Shown here one piece after another: positions 48,741 to 58,042 of a DNA stretch of 64,000 nt (the first letter of the stretch is position 1; every line of letters starts with the position of its first letter). The position numbers were made by a program, and so were the translations under genes. This DNA comes from Candidatus Krumholzibacteriota bacterium. GTDB taxonomy: Bacteria; Krumholzibacteriota; Krumholzibacteriia; JAJRXK01. Where the stretch lies: contig JAJRXK010000090.1 in the NCBI GenBank assembly GCA_024276305.1, positions 42,794 through 106,793 on the forward strand. The letters run 5' to 3'. The notes under the pieces are model-generated. The model had not been told where the DNA came from, did not search any database, and saw only the letters and a list, made by a program, of their open reading frames with translations.

Positions 48741-49776
48741 TCGCGATACCTCGGCCCGCAAGCGGAGCCACCTTCAACTCAGCCTCCACGAGGATGTGGG
48801 ATTCCTCCAGCGCACCAACGGCTTGGGACGCTTCTCCTTCGTGCACGACGCTCTGCCGGAATTGCATCCCGAAGAGATCGACCTCTCCGCCGAATTCCTG
48901 GGATTCGACCTCGACCTGCCGATTCTGATCTCGTCGATGACTGGCGGGACCGAAGAAGCCACCGTGCTCAATGCACGCTTGGCGAAGGTGGCGGCAGAGG
49001 TGGGCTGCGCCATGGCGGTGGGGAGCCAGCGGGCGGCCTTGGAATCGCCGGAGGTCGAAGAGACCTACCGAATCCGGGATCTGGCCCCCGAGATCCCTCT
49101 CTTCGCCAATCTGGGCGCGGTGCAGCTGAACTATGGTTACGGAGTGGACCAGTGTCTGCGGGCGGTCGAGATGATCGAAGCGGATGGGATCTTCCTTCAC
49201 CTCAATTCGCTGCAGGAGGTCCTGCAGCCGGAGGGGAACGTGGATTTCCGGAATCTCCGGGAGCAGATCCTCGCCCTCTGCCACGACCTCCCCTGTCCCC
49301 TGCTCCTGAAGACCACCGGCAACGGCATCTCGCGACGCACTGCCCGCAAATTGGTCGGCCTCCCGCTGGCCGGCCTCGAGGCCAGCGGCGCCGGGGGGAC
49401 GAGTTGGGCCCGCATCGAGAGCATGCGGGGGGAGAGGGATCATTATCGGGCGCGATTCGCAGACTGGGGTGAGAGCACCGCGGAGAGCGTGCAGGCCGTG
49501 CGATCGGTGCTCCCCGATCTCCCCCTCGTCGCGAGCGGGGGAATTGCCCACGGCGACGAGGTGGCCAAGGTCCTGGCCCTGGGGGCGGACCTGGCCGGAA
49601 TCGCCCGGCCCCTCCTCCAGGCGGCTCATCGTGGCGAGGACGAAGTCCGGGAGGCCTTCCGGATCCTCACCGACGAGCTCAGAATCAGCTGCTTCTACTG
49701 TGGCCGAGGCTGGGTCGGCGACCTGGTCGTCGAAGATCTGCGTGAGGGCGGGAACTCCGCTTCGACGGCCGAGTAG
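48727..49776 (+). CDS. fni: Isopentenyl-diphosphate delta-isomerase, type 2 (FMN-dependent)
   Basis: TIM-barrel IDI-2 pattern: ...LPILISSMTGGT..., ...LKTTGNGIS..., ...ASGGIAHGDEVAKVLALGADLAGIARP. Overlaps the ispH end by 14 nt. Confidence 0.8.
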   Translation: MPMSDRDTSARKRSHLQLSLHEDVGFLQRTNGLGRFSFVHDALPELHPEEIDLSAEFLGFDLDLPILISSMTGGTEEATVLNARLAKVAAEVGCAMAVGSQRAALESPEVEETYRIRDLAPEIPLFANLGAVQLNYGYGVDQCLRAVEMIEADGIFLHLNSLQEVLQPEGNVDFRNLREQILALCHDLPCPLLLKTTGNGISRRTARKLVGLPLAGLEASGAGGTSWARIESMRGERDHYRARFADWGESTAESVQAVRSVLPDLPLVASGGIAHGDEVAKVLALGADLAGIARPLLQAAHRGEDEVREAFRILTDELRISCFYCGRGWVGDLVVEDLREGGNSASTAE

Positions 49777-49937
49777 AAGCCCATTGGTGCGCTTCGTCTC
49801 GCCTCCGGAGCTTCTGGACGCTCGGTGGTCTCTTGCCTATACTGGCCCGCCGCTGGTCACAGCCTCTACGGGGGAAGCCCTGCCGCCGCTCGAAACCTGT
49901 CACTCACCCTTCCTTCTTCGCGGAGGAGCTGAATCCA

Positions 49938-50888
49938 ATGATTCATGTAGAAGCCCTGTCGAAGGATTACGGACCGGTCCGTGCCCTCGACGCGGTGTCC
50001 TTCGAAGTCGAGAAGAATCAGATTCTCGGCTTCCTCGGACCGAACGGTGCGGGGAAGAGCACCGCAATGAAGATCATTACCACCTTCCTTGCGCCGACCG
50101 AGGGACGCGTCCTCGTCGACGGGATCAGCGTTGCCGAGGACCCCATCGAGGTGCGACGCCGCATCGGCTATCTCCCGGAGTCCAACCCGCTCTATGTCGA
50201 CATGCGCGTGGACGACTACCTTCGGTTCTGCGGGAAGGCCCGGGGCCTCGGTGGCCGGGATCTGGAGCAGCGTCTCCGCTATGTCGTGGATGCGGCGGGA
50301 CTCGGTCGGGTCCTCAAGAAGGAGATCAGTGAACTCTCCAAAGGTTTCAAACAGCGAACGGGACTGGCGCAGGCTCTCATTCACGACCCCGCCATTCTGA
50401 TTCTGGACGAACCCACGACCGGCCTGGATCCGCTGCAGATCATCGAAATCCGGCGTCTGATCCAGGAGCTGGCCCGAGAGAAAACCATCATTTTCAGCAC
50501 CCATATTCTGCAGGAAGTCAGTTCCACGACCGACCGGGTGGTGATCATCAACCGGGGACGGATCATCGCTGACGGTTCGGTGAGTGAGCTCCAGAGGGAG
50601 CACCGCGACGGCAGTCCGGTTCGCGCGAGTTTCGTGGCGGACCGAGAAGAAGTGGAGAACGAGCTGAGTTCGGTGCCCGGATTGCGGGAGTGCCGGGTGC
50701 TCGGAGAGAGCGATGGTGTGGTCAGTGTGAACCTCCGTGGCAATGGAGGGGATTTCTCGCGGCGCGTGGCCGAAGTGGCGAGGGATCGGCGCTGGACGGT
50801 GTTGGAACTCGCGCATCACGAGTCCACGCTCGAGGACATCTTCATCCGACTGGTCGAGAAGAGTGGAGAGGAGGCGGCCCATGCATAA
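49938..50888 (+). CDS. ABC transporter ATP-binding protein (ABC-2 / GldA-like)
   Basis: Walker A GPNGAGKST, signature LSKGFKQR, Walker B ILILDEPTTGLD, H-loop. ATG is preceded by GGAGGAG. Extended C-terminal domain. Confidence 0.88.
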   Translation: MIHVEALSKDYGPVRALDAVSFEVEKNQILGFLGPNGAGKSTAMKIITTFLAPTEGRVLVDGISVAEDPIEVRRRIGYLPESNPLYVDMRVDDYLRFCGKARGLGGRDLEQRLRYVVDAAGLGRVLKKEISELSKGFKQRTGLAQALIHDPAILILDEPTTGLDPLQIIEIRRLIQELAREKTIIFSTHILQEVSSTTDRVVIINRGRIIADGSVSELQREHRDGSPVRASFVADREEVENELSSVPGLRECRVLGESDGVVSVNLRGNGGDFSRRVAEVARDRRWTVLELAHHESTLEDIFIRLVEKSGEEAAHA

Positions 50889-51606
50889 CATCGGCACGAT
50901 CTTTCGGCGGGAGTTTCGGGCGTATTTCGACAGTTCGATCGCCTACATCTTCATGATCGTCTTCCTCTTCCTCACCGCAGGTCTGTACATGACGACCTTC
51001 TTCCTGGCGGGAGTGGCCGACATGCGGGGTTTCTTCGGGAATCTGCCGCTCTTCAACCTCTTCTTCCTGCCGGCGGTGACGATGCGTCTGTGGGCGGAGG
51101 AAAAGAGGGTGGGGACCATGGAACTCTTGATGACCCTACCCATGCAGGCGCGAGAGATCGTGCTCGGAAAGTACTTGGCGGCACTCGCCTTCTACGCGAT
51201 CGCCCTCGCGGGGACTCTGACCATCCCTCTTACATTGATGATGGTGGGTGATCCCGATGTCGGAGCGATGGTTGCCGGCTACTTCGGGAGTCTTCTCCTG
51301 GGTGCCTTTTACCTGGCGGTCGGGATCTTCGTCAGCGGGATGTTCAAGGACCAGATCGCGGCCTTCGTGGTGGGCCTGATGTTCTGCCTGTTCTTCTTCT
51401 TCGCGGGCACCCAGGTCGTGGTGGCGACTACCGATGGATGGTTGCCAGGCCTGGGTTCCTTCCTCGAGAGCTACGTTGGCATCAGTTCGCACTTCCAGGA
51501 CATCCAGCGTGGAGTTCTGGATCTGCACAATGTGATCTACTTCGTCTCGATGTCGGTGCTCTTCCTCTCACTCAACACGCTTTCGCTCGATGGGAGGCGG
51601 CACTGA
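50881..51606 (+). CDS. ABC-2 family transporter permease (GldF-like)
   Basis: About 241 aa, six predicted TM helices. ATG overlaps the ATPase gene end by 8 nt. Confidence 0.75.
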   Translation: MHNIGTIFRREFRAYFDSSIAYIFMIVFLFLTAGLYMTTFFLAGVADMRGFFGNLPLFNLFFLPAVTMRLWAEEKRVGTMELLMTLPMQAREIVLGKYLAALAFYAIALAGTLTIPLTLMMVGDPDVGAMVAGYFGSLLLGAFYLAVGIFVSGMFKDQIAAFVVGLMFCLFFFFAGTQVVVATTDGWLPGLGSFLESYVGISSHFQDIQRGVLDLHNVIYFVSMSVLFLSLNTLSLDGRRH

Positions 51607-53333
51607 TGGCTACGACTCGGACCCGGTTTCAACTTCGATTCGGCCTGACGGCGGCCATTCTCTTCGCGATCGTCGTCCTCTTCAACGCGGTTCTCTCGTC
51701 GATGGACGTGGGCCGATTCGACCTGACCGACGCCGGAATCTACACCATCAGTCCGGCCGCCAAGCGAGTGCTCTCCGAGCTGAAAGTTCCGGTGGAGGTG
51801 AAGCTCTACATTACCGCCAAGGAAGAAATGCCCTCTGGTCTGCAGACCATCGAGAGAGATGTGGTCGACAAGCTCAGCGAGTTCAACGTGGTCTCGGGGG
51901 GGAATCTGCGCTTCCGCGTGGTGGATCCCTCGGATGACGAGGATCTCAAGAACAAGGTGGCGGCCAAGGGCATTCGCCCCTTCCAGGTCCAGTCGATCGA
52001 GAAGGATGCCATGGGCATCAAGCTCGTCTATTCGGCCATGGAGATCGCTTACAAGGAGAAGGAACCGGAGATCATTCCCCAGATCCTTCCCGAGAGCCTG
52101 GCCACCCTCGAGTACGACGTGTGTTCGGCGATCACTCGGTTGACCCGCGACCGGGACCCACTGGTCGCGGTCTACGCGAGTCGACAGGGAGTGGACCCGC
52201 AGCTCATGCAGATGTACTTGCAGATGGGACAGCAGCCGCCCGAACCGCAGGAAGTGTTCGAGCAGGCTCAACAGATCCTGCGGGGCGAAAGCTACGAAGT
52301 CCGGAGGGTGGAGATCACCAAGGACTCGCCCATTCCCGAGGACGCCACGACGCTATTGGTCTTGGCGCCCAAGAATCTCGAAGAGCGGCAACTCTACGAG
52401 ATCAATCGATTCGTGCAGCAGGGGGGGCGTCTCATCGTTGCCTCGCAGCGCTTCGACTACAACTATTCGCCCGGACGCCAGGGCGGCTTCAACATCTCTT
52501 CGCAAGAAGTGAATTCGGGAATCGATCCTCTGCTCACGAAGTGGGGGATCTCGATCAGCGACCGCCCCCTCATGGATGCCAACAACGAAGTGCTGGCCAT
52601 TCCCAGCACCCGAAACTTCGGTGGGATGCGGCTGCAGGTGAGCGAGCCGGTTCAGGCTCCCATTCAGATCAAGGTGACCACGGATCAGCTCAACGACGGG
52701 ATCTCGATCGCCAATGGGGTGAGCGACATGCTCTACCTCTGGGGATCGAGGCTCGAGGTCGACCAGTCCTTCATGGACGAACATGAGCTTCAGGCAACCC
52801 CCGTCTTTCGCAGCTCGTCCTCGGTGTGGGAAATCGAGGCTTCGCCCGGGCCCTTGTCGCCCTCGGCCTTCGTTCCTGATCCGGATTCGGAGCTCTCGGA
52901 AGAGCCCTTGGCGGTGCTCATCCGGGGCAAGCTTCCCAATGCCTTTGCCGAGGGCACGATCCCGGCCTGGGCCGACACTCCGGACAGCGCGCGTACGGAA
53001 GAGCCGGTCGAGACCTTCGAGCCGGTGGAGACGAGCGTTCTCGTGGTGGGGTGTTCGAAGATGTTCGATGATTCACTGCTGCAGGGAATCCAGGGCAATG
53101 GGCTCATGCTGCTCAATGCGGTCGATGCCTTGACCTTGGGCGGGGACCTCATCGAGATCCGCGCCAAAGCCACCGCAACTCGGGCCATCGGTCCAGTCAG
53201 TGACGGACAGAAGCTCTTCTACCGCTTCTTGACCATCGGGCTCATGCCGCTGCTGATCGCGGCTTTCGGAGCGTTTCGGATGATGCGGCGTCGGCGCGAG
53301 GAAGCCGACTTCCTCGCAGCACAGGGAGGTTGA
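51606..53333 (+). CDS. GldG-like ABC-transporter auxiliary protein (ABC_transp_aux family)
   Basis: N-terminal TM (FGLTAAILFAIVVLFNAVL), large extracytoplasmic domain, C-terminal TM (FLTIGLMPLLIAAFGAF). Follows the ABC-2 ATPase/permease pair as in GldA/F/G loci. TGATG overlap with the permease gene. Confidence 0.65.
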   Translation: MATTRTRFQLRFGLTAAILFAIVVLFNAVLSSMDVGRFDLTDAGIYTISPAAKRVLSELKVPVEVKLYITAKEEMPSGLQTIERDVVDKLSEFNVVSGGNLRFRVVDPSDDEDLKNKVAAKGIRPFQVQSIEKDAMGIKLVYSAMEIAYKEKEPEIIPQILPESLATLEYDVCSAITRLTRDRDPLVAVYASRQGVDPQLMQMYLQMGQQPPEPQEVFEQAQQILRGESYEVRRVEITKDSPIPEDATTLLVLAPKNLEERQLYEINRFVQQGGRLIVASQRFDYNYSPGRQGGFNISSQEVNSGIDPLLTKWGISISDRPLMDANNEVLAIPSTRNFGGMRLQVSEPVQAPIQIKVTTDQLNDGISIANGVSDMLYLWGSRLEVDQSFMDEHELQATPVFRSSSSVWEIEASPGPLSPSAFVPDPDSELSEEPLAVLIRGKLPNAFAEGTIPAWADTPDSARTEEPVETFEPVETSVLVVGCSKMFDDSLLQGIQGNGLMLLNAVDALTLGGDLIEIRAKATATRAIGPVSDGQKLFYRFLTIGLMPLLIAAFGAFRMMRRRREEADFLAAQGG

Positions 53334-54337
53334 GCGTGGGAAACAATCGCAATCTCATCATTCTGGCTGCCGTCCTGGTGGCGCTCGGATGTCTCTACGT
53401 CTTCAACAGTGGCCGTCGATCTCACATCGATCGCAGCGGCGGATTCGTGGACCTCGTCGAAGGGCAATTGTCGACCGATGAGGTCTTCGGGTTGACCGTG
53501 GCCAAAGGTGAAGAAGTATTGGAAGTGGTGCGGCGCGGAGATGACTGGGTGGTCACTTCTCGCTTCGACGCTCCGGCCAATCTCAACAAGCTGCGAAGCC
53601 TGCTGGGTGCGCTCGAGGATGTGGAGGGCGAATTCCGCAGCGATGACGAATCGGTGCTGCCGGACTATGCCCTCGACGATTCGACGGCCTATCATCTGAC
53701 TCTTCGCGATGAGTCGGGGTCTGCAATGGTAGAGCTCCTGCTCGGTCAGCGAAGTGGGAACGGATGCTTCGTTCGGCGGCCGGGGCAGACGAAGGTCTAT
53801 CTCGCAGACCACAATTTCCTGAGTGACTTCGGGATCTGGGGAGATGAACGCAAGCCTGTGGATCCCAAGTCCTGGGTGGATCTGCAGGCCTTCACCCTGA
53901 AGGGGGACGACGTACGTCGCATCGAGATCGATGGATCCACGAAACTGACCATGGAGAAGGAGTTCGCAGAGGCCGCGGCCGATTCCGCGGCTCCGCCCTC
54001 GCCGCAGACCTACGAGTGGAGGGTCACTCGTCCGGCCAACTTCCTCGCGACCCGCACCAAGGCGGAGAGCATCCTGAGCAGTCTCAGCTCCATGCGGGCC
54101 ACCGATGTCGTTGCTCGAGGTGAGATCCCCGAGGGCGCAGGTCTGGGCGATGAGGCCGACGTGGTACGCATCTACGGTGAGGAAGGGATCCTGGCCACGC
54201 TGCGAATCGGATCGAAGGTCGCGGACAATACCGCCGCTCGCTACTTCCAGGTGGAGGGAGAGGACTTGGTGTGGGCGCTGCCCGAGTACATCGCCAAGAA
54301 CATCCTCAAGTCTGCAGACGACCTCCGGCCGGAATAG
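53330..54337 (+). CDS. DUF4340-like protein (single N-terminal TM, periplasmic)
   Basis: GTG start overlaps the GldG-like gene stop (GTGA). N-terminal anchor LIILAAVLVALGCLYVF. This family typically trails GldG-like auxiliary genes. Confidence 0.55.
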   Translation: MSVGNNRNLIILAAVLVALGCLYVFNSGRRSHIDRSGGFVDLVEGQLSTDEVFGLTVAKGEEVLEVVRRGDDWVVTSRFDAPANLNKLRSLLGALEDVEGEFRSDDESVLPDYALDDSTAYHLTLRDESGSAMVELLLGQRSGNGCFVRRPGQTKVYLADHNFLSDFGIWGDERKPVDPKSWVDLQAFTLKGDDVRRIEIDGSTKLTMEKEFAEAAADSAAPPSPQTYEWRVTRPANFLATRTKAESILSSLSSMRATDVVARGEIPEGAGLGDEADVVRIYGEEGILATLRIGSKVADNTAARYFQVEGEDLVWALPEYIAKNILKSADDLRPE

Positions 54338-54346
54338 CGGCCGGAG

Positions 54347-55513
54347 ATGGATCCTCCCGCCCCGGGCATCTACCTCGACCACCATGCGACGACCCCCGCA
54401 GATCCGCGGGTGGTCGAGGCCATGGTGCCCTGGTTTGGCTCCCAAGGAGGGAATGCTGGGAGTCATCATCTCTTCGGATGGGAGGCCGCCGAGGCGGTCG
54501 ACCAATCCCGGCAGAGGGTGGCCGCGTTGGTGGGGGTCTCGCCCAAGGAGATCCTCTTCACCGCCGGAGCCACGGAGTCCAACAACATCGCGCTTCGAGG
54601 GGTCTTGGCGGCCGCGGGTCCCGGACATCACGTGGCGATCTCCCAGATCGAGCACCCTTCGGTCGAAGAAGTCGCTCGTGCCCTCGAAAGAGGTGGAGTT
54701 GCGGTCACCCGCATCAAGACCCCGCCGAATGGAGTGGTGACGGTCGATGAGGTCGAAGGCTCGCTCCGCGAGAACACCATCCTCTGTTCGGTGATGTGGG
54801 TGAACAACGAGATCGGGACGATCCAGCCAGTGGCCGAGATCGCAGAACTCTGCGCCGAACGGGGCATCTGCTTCCACACGGATGCGGCCCAAGCGGTGGG
54901 GCGCGTCAGCGTGGACATCGGCTCGACCCGAGTGGGCATGCTCTCTGCGAGCGCGCACAAGTTCTACGGGCCGACGGGGATCGGTTTCCTCGTGCTCCGC
55001 CGACGCCGGGTTCCGCCGATCGAAGCCCTCATGCTCGGCGGTGGGCAGGAGCAGGGGCTGAGGCCGGGCACGTTGCCGGTGGCGCTGATCGTCGGGTTGG
55101 GTCGAGCCGCGGAACTCGTTCTCGAAGAACGAGAGTCCGACGAGTCTCGTATCCGTCGTCTCCGCGCCCTCTTCCTCTCCCAATTGGACGGTCTGGAGGG
55201 AGTCCGGCTCCACGGAGATCCGCAGCTGCGGGTTCCTGGCAACTTGAGCCTTGCCTTCGATGGGGTCGAGGCATCGACCCTGGTGCTGGAGCTGAAGAAC
55301 GTGGGGCTGAGCACCGGGTCGGCATGCAAGTCCTCGAGCCATCTCCCGAGCGCGGTGCTCACCGCGATTGGAGTGGATCGAGAGACGGCGCAGTGCACGC
55401 TGCGGGTGGGGATCGGCCGCCCCAATACCGAAGAGGAAGTCCTCGAGGTCGGCGCGAGGATCCGCCGTTGCGTGACGGAGTTTCGGCGGGAGATGCCGAG
55501 GTATCGAGGTTGA
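54347..55513 (+). CDS. iscS: Cysteine desulfurase (class V aminotransferase; IscS/NifS-like)
   Basis: ...IYLDHHATTP..., PLP-lysine region SASAHKFYGPTGIGFLVLRR, active-site loop STGSACKS. Confidence 0.85.
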   Translation: MDPPAPGIYLDHHATTPADPRVVEAMVPWFGSQGGNAGSHHLFGWEAAEAVDQSRQRVAALVGVSPKEILFTAGATESNNIALRGVLAAAGPGHHVAISQIEHPSVEEVARALERGGVAVTRIKTPPNGVVTVDEVEGSLRENTILCSVMWVNNEIGTIQPVAEIAELCAERGICFHTDAAQAVGRVSVDIGSTRVGMLSASAHKFYGPTGIGFLVLRRRRVPPIEALMLGGGQEQGLRPGTLPVALIVGLGRAAELVLEERESDESRIRRLRALFLSQLDGLEGVRLHGDPQLRVPGNLSLAFDGVEASTLVLELKNVGLSTGSACKSSSHLPSAVLTAIGVDRETAQCTLRVGIGRPNTEEEVLEVGARIRRCVTEFRREMPRYRG

Positions 55514-55615
55514 ACTCGGCCTGGTGTCGATCGGATTGACAGTTGCCGATTCGACCTTCCGGTGGAACAATGACCCACTCCCTTGAAATTGGATTCAACC
55601 CAGGAGTCGAAGTTC

Positions 55616-57121
55616 ATGCGATTTGCAGCCAAGGAAGAGGCACTCGTCAACGCCAAGACGGATGTCCTCGTGGTCGGAATCTTCTCTGGTCCGAAGGGAA
55701 TGGACGCCAGCGCGAAGGCGGTCGATCGCAAGCTGAAGGGCGCGCTCAAGGACGCGACTTCGTTTGCAGACTTCGATGGTGGGTTGGGCAAGACCCTCTT
55801 CGTCCCCGCGACCGGTCTCGCGGCCCGGCGGGTCCTCGCGGTCGGCCTGGGTGACCCAGCCGAATTCGATGCCCAAGCTGCGCTTCGGGCCGGAGCCTGC
55901 GCGGCCAAGGAGTGCAGTTCGGCTCGACTGTCGAGCATGGCTCTGATTCCCTTCCGCGCCCGTCGCATGAACGTTCGCGACGCCGCCGCCGCCACCGCCG
56001 AGGGAATCGGACGGGCGTGCTACGACCCCGGAATCCATCACACCCAGGGCAAGGCGAAGCGACCGAAATTCGTGAGCCGGATTCAATTCTGCGCCAAGTC
56101 GGCCTCGGAACTGTCCTTGGTGCGGGAGGGAGCCCGTCGGGGAGAGGCTCTGGCCGAAGGAGTGAATTTCACTCGGGATCTCATCAATGAGCCCTCCAAC
56201 GAGCTGACTCCTCGGATTCTGGCCCGCAAGGCCAAAGCACTGGCCAAGAGCAGTCCTCTGCTCAGTTGTCGAGTCTGGGGAGAGAAGGAGATTCTGCGTC
56301 GCGAGATGGGGGGGCTCTACGGCGTGGGCAAGGGGAGTGACGAGCCGAGCCAGTTCATCCACCTCGAGTACCGTCCCCGGGGTTCCCAACGAGGGGTGAA
56401 GACCATCGCTCTCGTGGGCAAGGGGATCACCTTCGACACCGGTGGCATCTCGATCAAACCTTCGGCCAACATGGAGCTCATGAAATTCGACATGGGTGGG
56501 GCGGCCGCAGTTCTGGGAGCCTTCCACCTCCTGGCCGCGCTGAAGCCCCGGATTCGAGTGCTGGGTTATGTTGCGGCGGCCGAGAACATGCCCAGCGGCA
56601 AAGCTCTCAAGCCCGGCGACCTCCTCCGGATGATGAATGGGATGACGGTGGAGGTGAACAACACCGATGCCGAAGGCCGGTTGGTATTGGCCGATGCGAT
56701 TCACTACGCAAAGTCCCAGAAGCCCGAGTTCATCGTCGATGCAGCCACGCTCACCGGGGCCTGCATGATCGCTCTCGGGGATGTGGCTTGTGGCCTGATG
56801 ACCGAGGACGACGATCTGGCGAAGCTGATTCTCGATGCGGGAAAGTCCAGTGGCGATCCGGCCTGGCGACTCCCTCTTCAGGACGCGCATCGCGAGCAGA
56901 TGAAGGGCCACGTGGCCGATCTGATCAACACCGGCCCTCGGGAGGGCGGAGCCCTCAACGCCGCAGGTTTTCTGAGTTACTTCGCCAAGGGTGTGCGCTG
57001 GGCTCACTTGGACATCGCCGGAACGGTGTGGGCCGATCGCGCCAAGGATGACAATCCCAAGGGAGGCACGGGCTTCGGTGCTCGGCTGTTCTACTCGATC
57101 GCGGAGAAGGCGAGCGGCTGA
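55616..57121 (+). CDS. pepA: Leucyl aminopeptidase (M17 family)
   Basis: VGKGITFDTGGISIKPSANMELMKFDMGGAAAVLG and NTDAEGRLVLADAIHYA are M17 signatures. ATG at 55616 is preceded by AGGAGTCGAAG. Confidence 0.9.
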   Translation: MRFAAKEEALVNAKTDVLVVGIFSGPKGMDASAKAVDRKLKGALKDATSFADFDGGLGKTLFVPATGLAARRVLAVGLGDPAEFDAQAALRAGACAAKECSSARLSSMALIPFRARRMNVRDAAAATAEGIGRACYDPGIHHTQGKAKRPKFVSRIQFCAKSASELSLVREGARRGEALAEGVNFTRDLINEPSNELTPRILARKAKALAKSSPLLSCRVWGEKEILRREMGGLYGVGKGSDEPSQFIHLEYRPRGSQRGVKTIALVGKGITFDTGGISIKPSANMELMKFDMGGAAAVLGAFHLLAALKPRIRVLGYVAAAENMPSGKALKPGDLLRMMNGMTVEVNNTDAEGRLVLADAIHYAKSQKPEFIVDAATLTGACMIALGDVACGLMTEDDDLAKLILDAGKSSGDPAWRLPLQDAHREQMKGHVADLINTGPREGGALNAAGFLSYFAKGVRWAHLDIAGTVWADRAKDDNPKGGTGFGARLFYSIAEKASG

Positions 57122-57178
57122 GCTGCCTCCCGTCCCCGGCTGAGTCGGCCCTCGCTGCACACGCAGTGGGGGCCGGCT

Positions 57179-58042
57179 TCATTTGGATTGCTGAGGGTCG
57201 AATGCGTCACGGAGGGCGTCGCCGACGAAGTTCAAGGCCAGAAGGGTCAGGGAGAGAAAGAGGCCGGGGAAGAGGATGAGCCACCACGAACTCTGCACCG
57301 CGTTGATCGCCGAGGCCCCCTCGTTGGCGAGAGATCCCCAACTGGCCATCGGGGGTTGAACTCCCAGTCCCAGGAAACTCAAGAAGGCCTCCTCGAGCAT
57401 CACTGCCGGCACCGTGAGAGTGGCGTAGACCAGGATGGGCCCGAGCATGTTGGGCAGAAGGTGGCGGAGCATGAGACTGGTGCGGCCCACTCCCAGAGCC
57501 TGGGCGGCCTGCACGAACTCCGCATTCTTCAGGCGGCGCATCTCTCCGCGCACGATGCGACTCATGGTCAGCCATTGGACCGCGCCGAGGGCAGCGAAGA
57601 GAAGGAGGAGGCTGCGACCGAACCACGCCACCAGCAGGATCACGAAGAACATGAAGGGCAGGCTGTAGAGCATGTCGACGATGCGCATCATCAGGTCGTC
57701 CACCGCGCCTCCCTTCCATCCCGCGATCATTCCCCAGCTGATCCCGATCAGCAGGCTGACCAGAGTGGCGACCACGCCCACCGCAAGGCTGATTCTTCCC
57801 CCGTGCAGCACCCGGGCGAAGAGGTCGCGGCCCAGAGCATCGGTCCCGAAGGGGTGCGACCAGGTGGGAGGCGAATAGGCCAGCTCGAGTTCCTGGACCG
57901 CGGGATCGCGGGGGGCGATCCAGCCGGCGCCGAGGCAGGACCCCACGATCAGGAAGAGAAGAGCCGTGGCCACCGTCCCTCCCCGGTGGGCTCGAAATCT
58001 GCGCCACCCCCGTCTCCAGGGTCCCTGGGTCGATCGGCTCAT
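57179..58042 (-). CDS. oppC: Oligopeptide/dipeptide ABC transporter permease (OppC/DppC type)
   Basis: About 287 aa, binding-protein-dependent permease fold (…AAQALGVGRTSLMLRHLLPNMLGPILV…). Start is the internal Met MSRSTQ...; the long N-extension in the track ORF is rejected because the oppB stop lies at 58039. Confidence 0.8.
   Translation of the reverse strand: MSRSTQGPWRRGWRRFRAHRGGTVATALLFLIVGSCLGAGWIAPRDPAVQELELAYSPPTWSHPFGTDALGRDLFARVLHGGRISLAVGVVATLVSLLIGISWGMIAGWKGGAVDDLMMRIVDMLYSLPFMFFVILLVAWFGRSLLLLFAALGAVQWLTMSRIVRGEMRRLKNAEFVQAAQALGVGRTSLMLRHLLPNMLGPILVYATLTVPAVMLEEAFLSFLGLGVQPPMASWGSLANEGASAINAVQSSWWLILFPGLFLSLTLLALNFVGDALRDAFDPQQSK

Noticed and set aside
57122-57178. Possible bidirectional terminator in the 57-nt gap between convergent pepA and oppC.
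   Set aside because: Only a 4-bp palindrome (CTGC-ACAC-GCAG) and no U-tract; not convincing.
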